Both the position numbers and the translations under genes were made by a program. A stretch of DNA of 64,000 bases, taken from assembly GCA_037138355.1 (NCBI GenBank), contig JBAXIL010000001.1:23758-87757 (forward strand). Direction: 5' to 3'. The DNA is from a bacterium. Its GTDB lineage: Bacteria > Oederibacteriota > PGYV01 > Palsa-1178. The number at the start of each line of letters is the position of its first letter. The stretch's first letter is position 1. The notes under the pieces were generated by a model. It was not told the origin of the DNA and searched no databases. It saw nothing but the letters and a program-made list of their open reading frames with translations. Positions 10,085 to 18,874 of the stretch are shown here, in pieces.

Positions 10085-10876
10085 ATGTTAAGATCACTCT
10101 GGACGGCAGCAACAGGTATGGCGGCACAGCAGTATAATATAGATACTATTTCAAATAACCTTGCAAACGTGAATACTACTGCTTTTAAAAAGAGTCGTGC
10201 AGAGTTTCAGGATCTTCTTTATCAGACTATTAGACCTGCAGGTATGACTAATAATATGGGTACGCAGTATCCTACGCCAATTGAAATAGGACATGGTACA
10301 AAGATATCATCTACACAGAAATCATTTATACAAGGTAATCTTGTGCAGACGGATAATCCGCTTGACCTTTCTATTCAAGGTGCTGGATTTTTTATGATTC
10401 AGAATCCAAATGGAGAAGTGGCTTATACCAGAGATGGTTCTTTTAAAGTTGATGGCTCTGGAAATTTAGTTACTTCAAATGGATATTCAATGATGCCGGA
10501 AGTTGCATTGCCTACTGATACAAGTGCTGTTGTAATTAGAGAAAATGGCGATATAGTAGTAACAGTTTCTGGACAGACAGAGGGACAGACAATTGGACAA
10601 ATAAAACTTGCAAACTTTATTAATCCTGCTGGATTGGAAAGTCTTGGAGGAAATCTTTATAAAGAAACAGAAGCATCAGGTGGACCTGTTGAAGGAGTTC
10701 CAGGAATTAGTGGTTTTGGTGCACTTACACAGGGTCAGCTTGAGGCTTCAAATGTAAAAGTTGTTGAAGAAATGGTAAACTTGATTACTTCACAGCGTGC
10801 TTATGAGATAAATGCAAAAGCAATTACTACTTCAGATCAGATGTTAAGCACCGCTAATAACTTAAAGAGCAGTTAA
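10085..10876 (+). CDS. flgG: Flagellar distal rod protein FlgG
   Basis: MLRSLWTAATGMAAQQYNIDTISNNLANVNTTAFKKSRAEFQDLLYQ near the N-terminus and LEASNVKVVEEMVNLITSQRAYEINAK near the C-terminus. Confidence 0.9.
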   Translation: MLRSLWTAATGMAAQQYNIDTISNNLANVNTTAFKKSRAEFQDLLYQTIRPAGMTNNMGTQYPTPIEIGHGTKISSTQKSFIQGNLVQTDNPLDLSIQGAGFFMIQNPNGEVAYTRDGSFKVDGSGNLVTSNGYSMMPEVALPTDTSAVVIRENGDIVVTVSGQTEGQTIGQIKLANFINPAGLESLGGNLYKETEASGGPVEGVPGISGFGALTQGQLEASNVKVVEEMVNLITSQRAYEINAKAITTSDQMLSTANNLKSS

Positions 10877-10889
10877 TAGATAATCATAA

Positions 10890-11840
10890 ATGAAATTTAA
10901 AATATTTGCTGTTTTGTTTTTTGTCTTTCTGGCAGTTGGACTTGTTGCGGAAGGACCAGAAGTTGTTCTTAAAAGCAACGACATATATATTGCAAGTGAT
11001 AAAATATATCTTGGAGATATAGTTGACTTTTCAAGCATAGCACCTAAAGATTTGGAAAAGTTGCAGACTCTTTATGTTAAAAGAGCAGCAGTTCCAGGTT
11101 TTAAAGTGGTCGTTGAAAAGGAAACAGTGCAAAATATAGTTGCAAAGGCATTTCCTTATATAGCGGTATCAGGTTTGAATTATGTAAATGTTTACACATC
11201 TAAGGGATCGGTAAGCAGAGATGAAGTTGAAAATAAAGCAAAAGAATATGTATTAAAAAATATGCCTTGGCAGTTTGAGGCGGCTGAAGTTGCAGTTAAG
11301 CATGTTAAAGGTTCTGTAGCAGTAATAGATGGAATTGTTCTTTTAAAAGTTAAAGAAGATGGAAAGTTTAATTACAAGGGTAATCTTATAGTACCTGTAG
11401 AAATAGATGTGGATGGAAAGTTCTATAAGATAGAACCAGTAGCCATGCTTATTAAAGTTAATGCTCCTTGTGCTGTGGCCCAAAATAATATTAGCAGACA
11501 CTCTGGTTTGTTGATGGACAATATAATTATGGAAACGAAAGATATAACTTTTCTACCTGAAGCTATCATAACGGACATAGCATTTTTTAATAATAAGGTA
11601 CCACTTAGAAACATAATGAAAGGTACCATAGTTACTTCTGATATGTTTGAGAGTTTACCTTTGTTTAGAAGAGGTTCATTGGTTGATGTGGTTGTAAAGA
11701 TTGGTACAATACAAGTGAAGTCTGAAGGTTCGGCACTTTCTGATGGAAGAGAAGGTGATTTAGTGAAGGTGAAGTTAGTTACTGGTAAAACAGTAGAGGG
11801 TAAAGCGGACGCAACTGGTCGAGTAATAATAGTAAAATAA
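10890..11840 (+). CDS. flgA: Flagellar P-ring assembly chaperone FlgA (long form)
   Basis: Signal peptide. SAF-like C-terminal part (RRGSLVDVVVKIGTIQVKSEGSALSDGREGDLVKVKLVTGKTVEGKADATGRVII). Located between flgG and flgH. Confidence 0.8.
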   Translation: MKFKIFAVLFFVFLAVGLVAEGPEVVLKSNDIYIASDKIYLGDIVDFSSIAPKDLEKLQTLYVKRAAVPGFKVVVEKETVQNIVAKAFPYIAVSGLNYVNVYTSKGSVSRDEVENKAKEYVLKNMPWQFEAAEVAVKHVKGSVAVIDGIVLLKVKEDGKFNYKGNLIVPVEIDVDGKFYKIEPVAMLIKVNAPCAVAQNNISRHSGLLMDNIIMETKDITFLPEAIITDIAFFNNKVPLRNIMKGTIVTSDMFESLPLFRRGSLVDVVVKIGTIQVKSEGSALSDGREGDLVKVKLVTGKTVEGKADATGRVIIVK

Positions 11841-11865
11841 AAATATATATTAAGGAGATAATCTG

Positions 11866-12486
11866 ATGAATAAGAAAGGATTTCTGACGGCTTTTGCCGC
11901 GATTTTCCTTATTGCTTTTTATTCGGGAGTTCTTTTTGCGGATGAAATAATGAAAAATGAGGCTGATATTGAGTCTGTTTATACCGATCACAAAGCATAT
12001 AAAGTTGGAGATATAGTAACTATAATAATTGTTGAATCTACTCAAGGTTCTCAAAGTGCTTCACTTTCTACTTCTAAACAGCAGAAGCTTCAGGCTGGAA
12101 TGGGAACTGCCACATCGTGGGGCGGAGGCTTAAGCACCAGTCTACCTGTTTCTTCATGGGGAGCAGGCGGCGCGGAATATCAAGATGGTGGTGGAAAGTC
12201 AATAAGATCAGGCTCTTTGCTGGCAAAACTTTCTGCAAGAGTTGAGAAGGTACTCACAAATGGAAATCTTGTTATTAAAGGTACTAAAATAATACTTGTA
12301 AATGATGATAAACAGAATCTTATGATTAAGGGTGTAATAAGAGCAGAAGATATAAGTTCTGATAATACTATAATGTCTACTAATGTTGCTGATGCTACAA
12401 TTGAATACGAAGGAAATGGTCCAATTGGTGAGAAAACTTCACCGGGAATTTTAACCAGGATACTTGATTGGCTCGGCATATTCTAA
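11866..12486 (+). CDS. flgH: Flagellar L-ring protein FlgH
   Basis: YTDHKAYKVGDIVTIIIVESTQGSQSA..., LVIKGTKIILVNDDKQNLMIKGVIRAEDISSDNTIMSTNVADATIEYEG. Signal peptide present, but no Cys anywhere in the protein. Confidence 0.85.
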   Translation: MNKKGFLTAFAAIFLIAFYSGVLFADEIMKNEADIESVYTDHKAYKVGDIVTIIIVESTQGSQSASLSTSKQQKLQAGMGTATSWGGGLSTSLPVSSWGAGGAEYQDGGGKSIRSGSLLAKLSARVEKVLTNGNLVIKGTKIILVNDDKQNLMIKGVIRAEDISSDNTIMSTNVADATIEYEGNGPIGEKTSPGILTRILDWLGIF

Positions 12487-12499
12487 AGAGGTGAAATTA

Positions 12500-13618
12500 A
12501 TGAGAAAATATTTTAGAATTTTAATTACTGTCTTAATAATTATGGCAATTGCTGCTACAACATTGCTTGCCGTGGAATTAAGAGTTAGAAATGTTGCCAG
12601 ATTTAAAGGCGTTCGCGATAATCAATTGACAGGTTTTGGACTTGTTGTAGGTTTAAAAGGAACTGGCGATAGAAATACTACTGTTTTTACAACTCAGGCA
12701 ATCGTTAATATGTTAAAGAGATTTGGAATAGCCGATGCTGCAACACAAATCAAAGTAAGAAATGTAGCAGCGGTCATGGTCACAGCAAACTTGCCAGCAT
12801 TCGCAAAAAAAGGAGACAAGATAGATGTAGTAGTTTCCTCAATGGGTGATGCCAAAAGTTTGGATGGTGGAGTATTGCTTGTAGCCACTATGAAGGGTCT
12901 TGATGATAATATATATGTGGCTGCACAAGGACCTATCTCTACGGGAGAAGGCGGAGCAACTATGGGTTCTATTGCTGCAATGTCAAATAAAATGACAACA
13001 GGTCGTGTCCCAAATGGTGGCTTGGTAGAAAAAGAAGTACCAGTTACTTTTGTCGATGATAAAAATAATATGTTCCTAATTTTAAATATTCCTGATTTTA
13101 CTTCTTCAGATAGAATAACTTATGCAATTAATTCTCAGTTTTGGGGAAGTATTGCAAGTGCGGTTGATGCGAGTACGGTTAAAATTAGTGTTCCATATGA
13201 TTTTCAAAATAATTTTGTTGAATTTGCAGCTGCAGTCGAAGGGCTTTATGTGGAAACAGAAGAAGTAGCAAATAAAGTTGTAATTAATGAGAGAACTGGA
13301 ACTGTAGTTATGGGTGCGGATGTTACCATAGACACTTGTGCAGTATCTCATGGAAATTATAATGTGAATATTGCTGTAACAAAACAGATTTCCCAACCAA
13401 ATCCTTTCGTACCAGGTGCTTCTGCTATGGTGTATGAAGATTCAAATATTAAAATGGAAGGTGCAGGAAATCAGTTAGTGACACTGCCGCAGGGAGCTAA
13501 TGTACAGGACTTAGTAAATGCTTTAAATGTTCTCGGAGCCACACCACAGGATATTATTAATATAATTCAGGCGATAAAAGCGGCGAATGCACTACACGCT
13601 GAAATTTCTATAATGTAA
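12500..13618 (+). CDS. flgI: Flagellar P-ring protein FlgI
   Basis: Start moved to ATG 12500 (RBS aaagaggtg), giving the signal peptide MRKYFRILITVLIIMAIAATTLLA. Motifs VRNVARFKGVRDNQLTGFGLVVGLKGTGD and C-terminal LVNALNVLGATPQDIINIIQAIKAANALHAEI. Confidence 0.9.
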   Translation: MRKYFRILITVLIIMAIAATTLLAVELRVRNVARFKGVRDNQLTGFGLVVGLKGTGDRNTTVFTTQAIVNMLKRFGIADAATQIKVRNVAAVMVTANLPAFAKKGDKIDVVVSSMGDAKSLDGGVLLVATMKGLDDNIYVAAQGPISTGEGGATMGSIAAMSNKMTTGRVPNGGLVEKEVPVTFVDDKNNMFLILNIPDFTSSDRITYAINSQFWGSIASAVDASTVKISVPYDFQNNFVEFAAAVEGLYVETEEVANKVVINERTGTVVMGADVTIDTCAVSHGNYNVNIAVTKQISQPNPFVPGASAMVYEDSNIKMEGAGNQLVTLPQGANVQDLVNALNVLGATPQDIINIIQAIKAANALHAEISIM

Positions 13619-13688
13619 TAGCTTTAACAGATTCAAGTTAATATTCTAAGAGAAAATATTTCAAAATGATTGAGACCAAGGAGAACAA

Positions 13689-14105
13689 ATGCCAGATTTT
13701 TTAGGAAGCTCAGAGATTATCGCAAGGACGGATATGATGGGCCTTACAAATAGGTTGCAAGAAGCAACTATACAGGCAAATAAAACTGATGGAGTTAAAG
13801 ATGCTAAATATCTCGCTCAAATAAAAAATGTATCTCGCGAGTTTGAATCAATCTTTCTCGGATACATGTTAAAACAAATGCGTAAAACAGTACCTGAAGA
13901 TGCACTTATGGGTAATAGCCCAGCAAAAGATATATTTATTGGTATGCAAGATGATGAACTATCAAAAGAGCTTTCAAAGGCTGGTGGCATAGGTTTGGCG
14001 GCAGTTATTTATTCTCAGCTTGCCAGTCAGGGAGCAGCAGCAAAGCGTCCGCATGTAGCTCCAGTTATGCCAATACCAATTAATAAGACAGACATAACAA
14101 TATAG
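13689..14105 (+). CDS. flgJ: Rod-binding protein (FlgJ N-terminal domain only, no muramidase domain)
   Basis: REFESIFLGYMLKQMRKT rod-binding motif. 138 aa. Positioned after flgI. Confidence 0.75.
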   Translation: MPDFLGSSEIIARTDMMGLTNRLQEATIQANKTDGVKDAKYLAQIKNVSREFESIFLGYMLKQMRKTVPEDALMGNSPAKDIFIGMQDDELSKELSKAGGIGLAAVIYSQLASQGAAAKRPHVAPVMPIPINKTDITI

Positions 14106-14121
14106 CTATATTTATAAGGGC

Positions 14122-14148
14122 AAAAGCCGGCTTTAAGCCGGCTTTTTT
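14122..14148 (+). terminator. Intrinsic terminator after flgJ
   Basis: aaaaGCCGGCt / aGCCGGCtttttt hairpin followed by a T6 run. Confidence 0.8.
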
Positions 14149-14197
14149 AATTAATAGATATATAGTTTGTAGTTACTAAAATAAATTAAAATAAAGC

Positions 14198-14224
14198 TAA
14201 AGTTATTCGTATTATGTCCGATAT
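14198..14224 (+). promoter_or_regulatory. Sigma-28 (FliA/SigD)-type promoter for flgM-flgN-flgK
   Basis: TAAA (14198-14201), exactly 15 nt, then TCCGATAT (14217-14224), against the consensus TAAA-N15-GCCGATAA/T. Located 43 nt upstream of the flgM start. Confidence 0.65.
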
Positions 14225-14266
14225 ATATATAAAGAAGGTAAATAGTTTCAAAAGGAGGCGAAATCA

Positions 14267-14566
14267 ATGATACCAATAAACAATTCAGGAAACATCAATC
14301 CTATCTTGCCACAAAATCTTACAGATTTAGCTACAAGTAAAAGTAAAGAGCAAGCTCCAGTTTTAAACACAGCAAATACTCCAGCAGATAAGGTTGAGAT
14401 TTCAAAGCAGGCAGCAATCATCAGTAAGGCAATTGTTGCTTTAAATGAACTACCAGCAGTGAGAACAAACCTTATTGCAAACGCTACGCAGGAAAGAGTT
14501 GTACAGGACAAACAGATTCCTGCAGGATTGCTTGCTCAAAAAATGCTTTTTGAAGACATAAAGTAA
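14267..14566 (+). CDS. flgM: Anti-sigma-28 factor FlgM (probable)
   Basis: 99 aa, no signal peptide, probably disordered N-terminus. Sits behind the sigma-28 promoter and directly before the flgN-like gene and flgK. Strong RBS aaaggagg. Confidence 0.6.
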   Translation: MIPINNSGNINPILPQNLTDLATSKSKEQAPVLNTANTPADKVEISKQAAIISKAIVALNELPAVRTNLIANATQERVVQDKQIPAGLLAQKMLFEDIK

Positions 14567-14575
14567 AAGGAATAT

Positions 14576-15085
14576 ATGGATAAACAACTTAAAACAAGCT
14601 TCATTGTGATAGTTAAAAATCAGATTGAGCTATATAATAAACTCAAAATACTTTCAATTGCTGAACAGAAAACTTTGACGACGAAAGAAGCTCGTGGACT
14701 TGAGGATATAGTAAAGCAAAAAGAAATACTCATTAATGCAATAAAAAAGCAAGAAGATGAGAAGCTCGTTGTATTTGTTAAAATGGCTGAGAGTTTTGGT
14801 TTGAAATATACTCCAGAATTGAAACTTCAGGATTTGCTTTCTAAGGCAGGAAGTGAAGACTCAGTAGAGATTGATAAGGAAACCACTAAACTAATAATCT
14901 TGATTAAGGATATTATTACTTTAAATGTAAATAACTCCAGATTAATGAAAAATTATCTTGATTTTATGAAGTTCACTGCAGAGCTAAAAGCAAAAATTGA
15001 AAACCCTGTACAACCAATATACAATCAGGATGGGATAGTTAAGAACGCAGCAGATAAAAAAAGTAAAATAGACCAACAGATATAA
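14576..15085 (+). CDS. flgN: FlgN-family flagellar export chaperone (probable)
   Basis: 169 aa helical protein with the N-terminal pattern IELYNKLKILSIAEQKTL....L..IV.QKE.L. Canonical flgM-flgN-flgK position. Confidence 0.55.
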   Translation: MDKQLKTSFIVIVKNQIELYNKLKILSIAEQKTLTTKEARGLEDIVKQKEILINAIKKQEDEKLVVFVKMAESFGLKYTPELKLQDLLSKAGSEDSVEIDKETTKLIILIKDIITLNVNNSRLMKNYLDFMKFTAELKAKIENPVQPIYNQDGIVKNAADKKSKIDQQI

Positions 15086-15104
15086 AAACTGAAGGGAGCA
15101 TACT

Positions 15105-17249
15105 ATGTTAAATATTTCAATGGGTTTAGAAACAGCACTGAGGTCGCTACTTGCAAATACTGCGGCACTAAATACGGCAAATACTAATGTGGCTAATGCA
15201 AACAATGCTGATTATTCGAAACAGGTAGCTAATATGTCAGCCACATCGGCCTTAACGATTGCAGGACAGGCTGGACAGATAGGAACAGGCACGCTTCTGA
15301 GCAGTGTTCAAAGAATAAGAGATATTTATCTTGATAGGCAGATAAGAACTGAGTGGATGAATTATGGAAAAGCTGAAATTACAGATAGAACTTATCAAAA
15401 TATAATGGCTTTTATTCCTGAATTATCTGGAGTTCCTGCAAATGGAATTGGAACAAAAATAGATCAATTTTTTACTGCCTGGACAAATGTTTCAACTCAG
15501 GCAGCGCTTGCAGCCGCAGGTTCAGCTAATACCTTGAGTGATGCTCTTAATACGGTTTATCAGCTTGCTGCAAGTTTAGCAGCTCAGCTTAATACTCAAT
15601 CAAATGATTTAACAAATATACAGCTTGATTTAAATACGGAATTAGAATCAACTGTGCAAAGTGTTAATGCTCAGCTTCAAAATATTTATCAACTAAATAA
15701 ATCTATCGTTTATCTTATGGGACAAGGACAGCAGCCTAATGATTTGCTTGATAAGCGTGATGCTGCTATGGCAAAACTGGCTGAACTAATTAATTTTGAT
15801 ACGGCAAATAAAACGGATGGTTCTGTTACAATAATGTTAGGCGGAAGAACTCTTGTAAGTGGAGCAGATAGCTATAATCTATTAACTACTATGACTTCAG
15901 GAGTTATTACAAAGACTTCGCCTTTGACTTTTGGTGTAAGAGATTCAAGGTTTGAATCTGTCGGTATAACAAACAGTAACGGTTCAAATGCTGTTCAGCT
16001 CGATAATTCTATTTTTACTGGTGGAAAGATTGCGGGTATATTATATTCGCGAGATAATATTGTTCATGATTACAGTTCTCAGCTTGATTCGGTAGCCAAT
16101 ACCCTAATTACTATGGTAAATAACATATACAATGCTACCAAAAAATCTGGCACTACTGACAATGTTGACTTCTTTAGTGGCACTATGGCATCAAATATAG
16201 CTGTAAATCAGACAATTCAAAGTGGAAGTGATATATCTTATACTATGTTTAAAGTGGGTGATATAGCAAAAATACTTGGACAATTAAGTAATAAATTGGT
16301 TTCTACTCGGGTAGTGTCAGAGACACTAAGCTTAACCTCTGCTTCAGCATTATCAGCTTTACCACTTCCAGCAGGAACTTCAGGGGAATTGATTATTAAT
16401 GACACACATATAGCAGTAACTTCAACTATGACTATGGCTGACCTCATAAATGCAATAAACACGCATGCAACCGATTTTTCAGCGGTTTATAATGATGTGA
16501 CTAAAACATTTTTTATGGTTTCTTCTAAACCATTAGTAATACAAGAGGTTGGTTTGGGCGGCAATTTTCTTCGTAACATGAAATTGATTGAGGAACAAAT
16601 TAGTACTGCTTCAATTGTCTATAATGCTGATATGGCAAGTCAAACATTAGACCTAAACGCAAGTTGGATATCCCAAAAATATACTTTTGATATTCCTGCT
16701 ACAACAAGTGGTACAATTAACATAAGTTTGGGAGGTCAGACCTATTCAATTGATTGGCTCAATAAGAATTCAATCTTGTTTACCAATTGGTCAATTTATG
16801 CACTTGATGGAAACTCCTCAGTCCCGCCTGGAATAAGTCAATATAACTATTTTGCTGATGAGAAGTTCCATTTCGGTACAAGGGTTGGCAACGCTGGAGT
16901 CGCAAATGAAATTACCCCTTTTACAATGTATGATAAGTCAGGAAATCTTACACAGACGATGAAAATCATTGGAACTGTTAGCTTTAATCAATATTATAAT
17001 TCCATTTCTAATGCTATATTTAGTGACGCAAGTAGCGCGGCTACTATGGTGGCTTCTGATAAAAGCACTTTGGATCAACTTCAAGCAATGCAGGATACTA
17101 TTACCAAGGTTGATGTAAATGCAGAACTGGCAAAAGCTAAATTATATCAGCGTGCCTATGATGCCTCAGTTAAGTTTATGTCGGTAATTGATGAAATGTT
17201 AAATATGCTAATCAATAAAACTGGAACTTCATCAACATCTATTAGCTAA
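15105..17249 (+). CDS. flgK: Flagellar hook-associated protein 1 FlgK (long, 714 aa)
   Basis: N-terminus GLETALRSLLANTAALNTANTNVANANNADYSKQ. C-terminal LAKAKLYQRAYDASVKFMSVIDEMLNMLINK. Confidence 0.85.
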   Translation: MLNISMGLETALRSLLANTAALNTANTNVANANNADYSKQVANMSATSALTIAGQAGQIGTGTLLSSVQRIRDIYLDRQIRTEWMNYGKAEITDRTYQNIMAFIPELSGVPANGIGTKIDQFFTAWTNVSTQAALAAAGSANTLSDALNTVYQLAASLAAQLNTQSNDLTNIQLDLNTELESTVQSVNAQLQNIYQLNKSIVYLMGQGQQPNDLLDKRDAAMAKLAELINFDTANKTDGSVTIMLGGRTLVSGADSYNLLTTMTSGVITKTSPLTFGVRDSRFESVGITNSNGSNAVQLDNSIFTGGKIAGILYSRDNIVHDYSSQLDSVANTLITMVNNIYNATKKSGTTDNVDFFSGTMASNIAVNQTIQSGSDISYTMFKVGDIAKILGQLSNKLVSTRVVSETLSLTSASALSALPLPAGTSGELIINDTHIAVTSTMTMADLINAINTHATDFSAVYNDVTKTFFMVSSKPLVIQEVGLGGNFLRNMKLIEEQISTASIVYNADMASQTLDLNASWISQKYTFDIPATTSGTINISLGGQTYSIDWLNKNSILFTNWSIYALDGNSSVPPGISQYNYFADEKFHFGTRVGNAGVANEITPFTMYDKSGNLTQTMKIIGTVSFNQYYNSISNAIFSDASSAATMVASDKSTLDQLQAMQDTITKVDVNAELAKAKLYQRAYDASVKFMSVIDEMLNMLINKTGTSSTSIS

Positions 17250-17262
17250 TTTAATAATTTTC

Positions 17263-17295
17263 AAAAAGGTCGGGTTAATAGCCCGACCTTTTTTT
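17263..17295 (+). terminator. Intrinsic terminator after flgK
   Basis: GGTCGGG (17268-17274) pairs with CCCGACC (17282-17288), followed by a T7 run. Confidence 0.85.
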
Positions 17296-17350
17296 ATATA
17301 TATTATATGCTTTATTGACAAAAGGTTTATGCTGTATTATCATTAAAAAT

Positions 17351-18874
17351 ATGAAAAAACATTCTCTATATATTTTTTTATCAGTTTTAACAGGCATATT
17401 GTTGGCTTTCAGTTTTCCTAACATTATTGAGAAAACTCTAAATGTTCATACTTCTTTTTTTATGTGGTTTGCATTTGTCCCACTTTTGTACATTGTAATT
17501 AGTTCAGATAAAATTTCAAGCGTATTTATTTATAGTCTTTTGTCTACGAGTATATTTTATCTTAGTGCATTATATTGGATATGCTTCGTAGGTCCCATGG
17601 GGTATGGAGCATATTTAGCTTGGTTTTTGTTTTGTGTTTATCTTGCAATGATATATGCACTTTCTTTTGTTGTTATAAAATATTTAAATAATAAACTAAA
17701 TATTGATTATATATTTTCTGTACCTGTTATATTGACTATTGCTGAGTATATAAGAGGATGGTTATTTACTGGTTGGCCTGGACTAACTCCAGCACAAAGT
17801 CAGCATCAGCTTATACCAGTTCTACAAATTTTGAGTATAACCGGTGTTTCTGGTCTGAACTTTATTGTCTTTTCAATAAATTGTATAATTGTTTCTATTA
17901 TAGCTGGCTCTATCTATAGGTATAATAAATTAGAGAATATTGTTTGGATAATGATTTTTATTATGTTGTCTGGTTTCGCTGTGATATCTAACTATTATCA
18001 AAATACCGGAACTATAACAGTTAAAACGGCCATTATACAACCAAATATAGACCAAAATGTTAGGTGGACGACTAAATATCAAAAATATACTATGAATACA
18101 ATGAAGGTCTTATACAAGAGTATTTCAATACTTAAGCCTAATATTGTTGTTTGGCCGGAAACAGGTTATCCTGGCGTTCTCAATATGGAAGGTAATAAAA
18201 ATCCTGAAATAGCATCATGGGTTAAGGGAGCTTTTTCGATAGTGGGTTCAGATAAAATATTGATTAAAAATAATATAACGGAATATTACAATGCGGCTTA
18301 TATGTTAAATTCTAATGGTAAAATCATTGGAGATTATTCTAAACATCACTTGGTACCTTTCGGGGAGTATATTCCTTTACAGGAAGTTATACCATTTGTC
18401 AAAAAGGTAGTACAGCGTTATGGTTATGTCGGTTTTTCAAGTGGGTCAACAATTGTTCCTTTAGATTATAAAGGAATAAAGATAGGTCCAATAATATGTT
18501 TTGATAGCTTTTTTCCAGAAATAAGTAGAGAGCATGCAAACAAAGGGGCAAAAATATTAGCTCATTTGTCCTATGAAACTTGGTATGGTGTTTCTCCAGC
18601 TTCCGCACAGGTTTTCACAAATGTTATTTTAAGAGCTGTTGAAAATAGAGTTTATGTAGTTAGATCTGTGGCCTCTGGAATATCAGGTATAGTTAATGAT
18701 AAGGGAGAGGTTCTTGCAAGTACAAAGTTATTTGAAAAAAAAGCATTAGTTTGTGAATTGAAATTGAGCGATAATCAGTATAGAAGTTTCTATACGAAGC
18801 ACGGCGATTGGCTGCCTTTATTTTTGATGATTATATTTTTGTTTATTATGGCTGCACGATTTATTAAAATATGA
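17351..18874 (+). CDS. lnt: Apolipoprotein N-acyltransferase Lnt
   Basis: Multi-TM N-terminal half plus CN-hydrolase half (IVVWPETGYPG, KHHLVPFGEYIP, GPIICFDSFFPE). Start placed at ATG 17351 (MKKHSLYIF...); no clear RBS at either candidate start. Confidence 0.85.
   Translation: MKKHSLYIFLSVLTGILLAFSFPNIIEKTLNVHTSFFMWFAFVPLLYIVISSDKISSVFIYSLLSTSIFYLSALYWICFVGPMGYGAYLAWFLFCVYLAMIYALSFVVIKYLNNKLNIDYIFSVPVILTIAEYIRGWLFTGWPGLTPAQSQHQLIPVLQILSITGVSGLNFIVFSINCIIVSIIAGSIYRYNKLENIVWIMIFIMLSGFAVISNYYQNTGTITVKTAIIQPNIDQNVRWTTKYQKYTMNTMKVLYKSISILKPNIVVWPETGYPGVLNMEGNKNPEIASWVKGAFSIVGSDKILIKNNITEYYNAAYMLNSNGKIIGDYSKHHLVPFGEYIPLQEVIPFVKKVVQRYGYVGFSSGSTIVPLDYKGIKIGPIICFDSFFPEISREHANKGAKILAHLSYETWYGVSPASAQVFTNVILRAVENRVYVVRSVASGISGIVNDKGEVLASTKLFEKKALVCELKLSDNQYRSFYTKHGDWLPLFLMIIFLFIMAARFIKI

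Noticed and set aside
13689-14105. FlgJ lacking a peptidoglycan hydrolase domain, considered as a novelty
   Set aside because: Single-domain rod-binding FlgJ proteins with a separately encoded lytic enzyme are common outside the enterobacteria, so this is not unusual.
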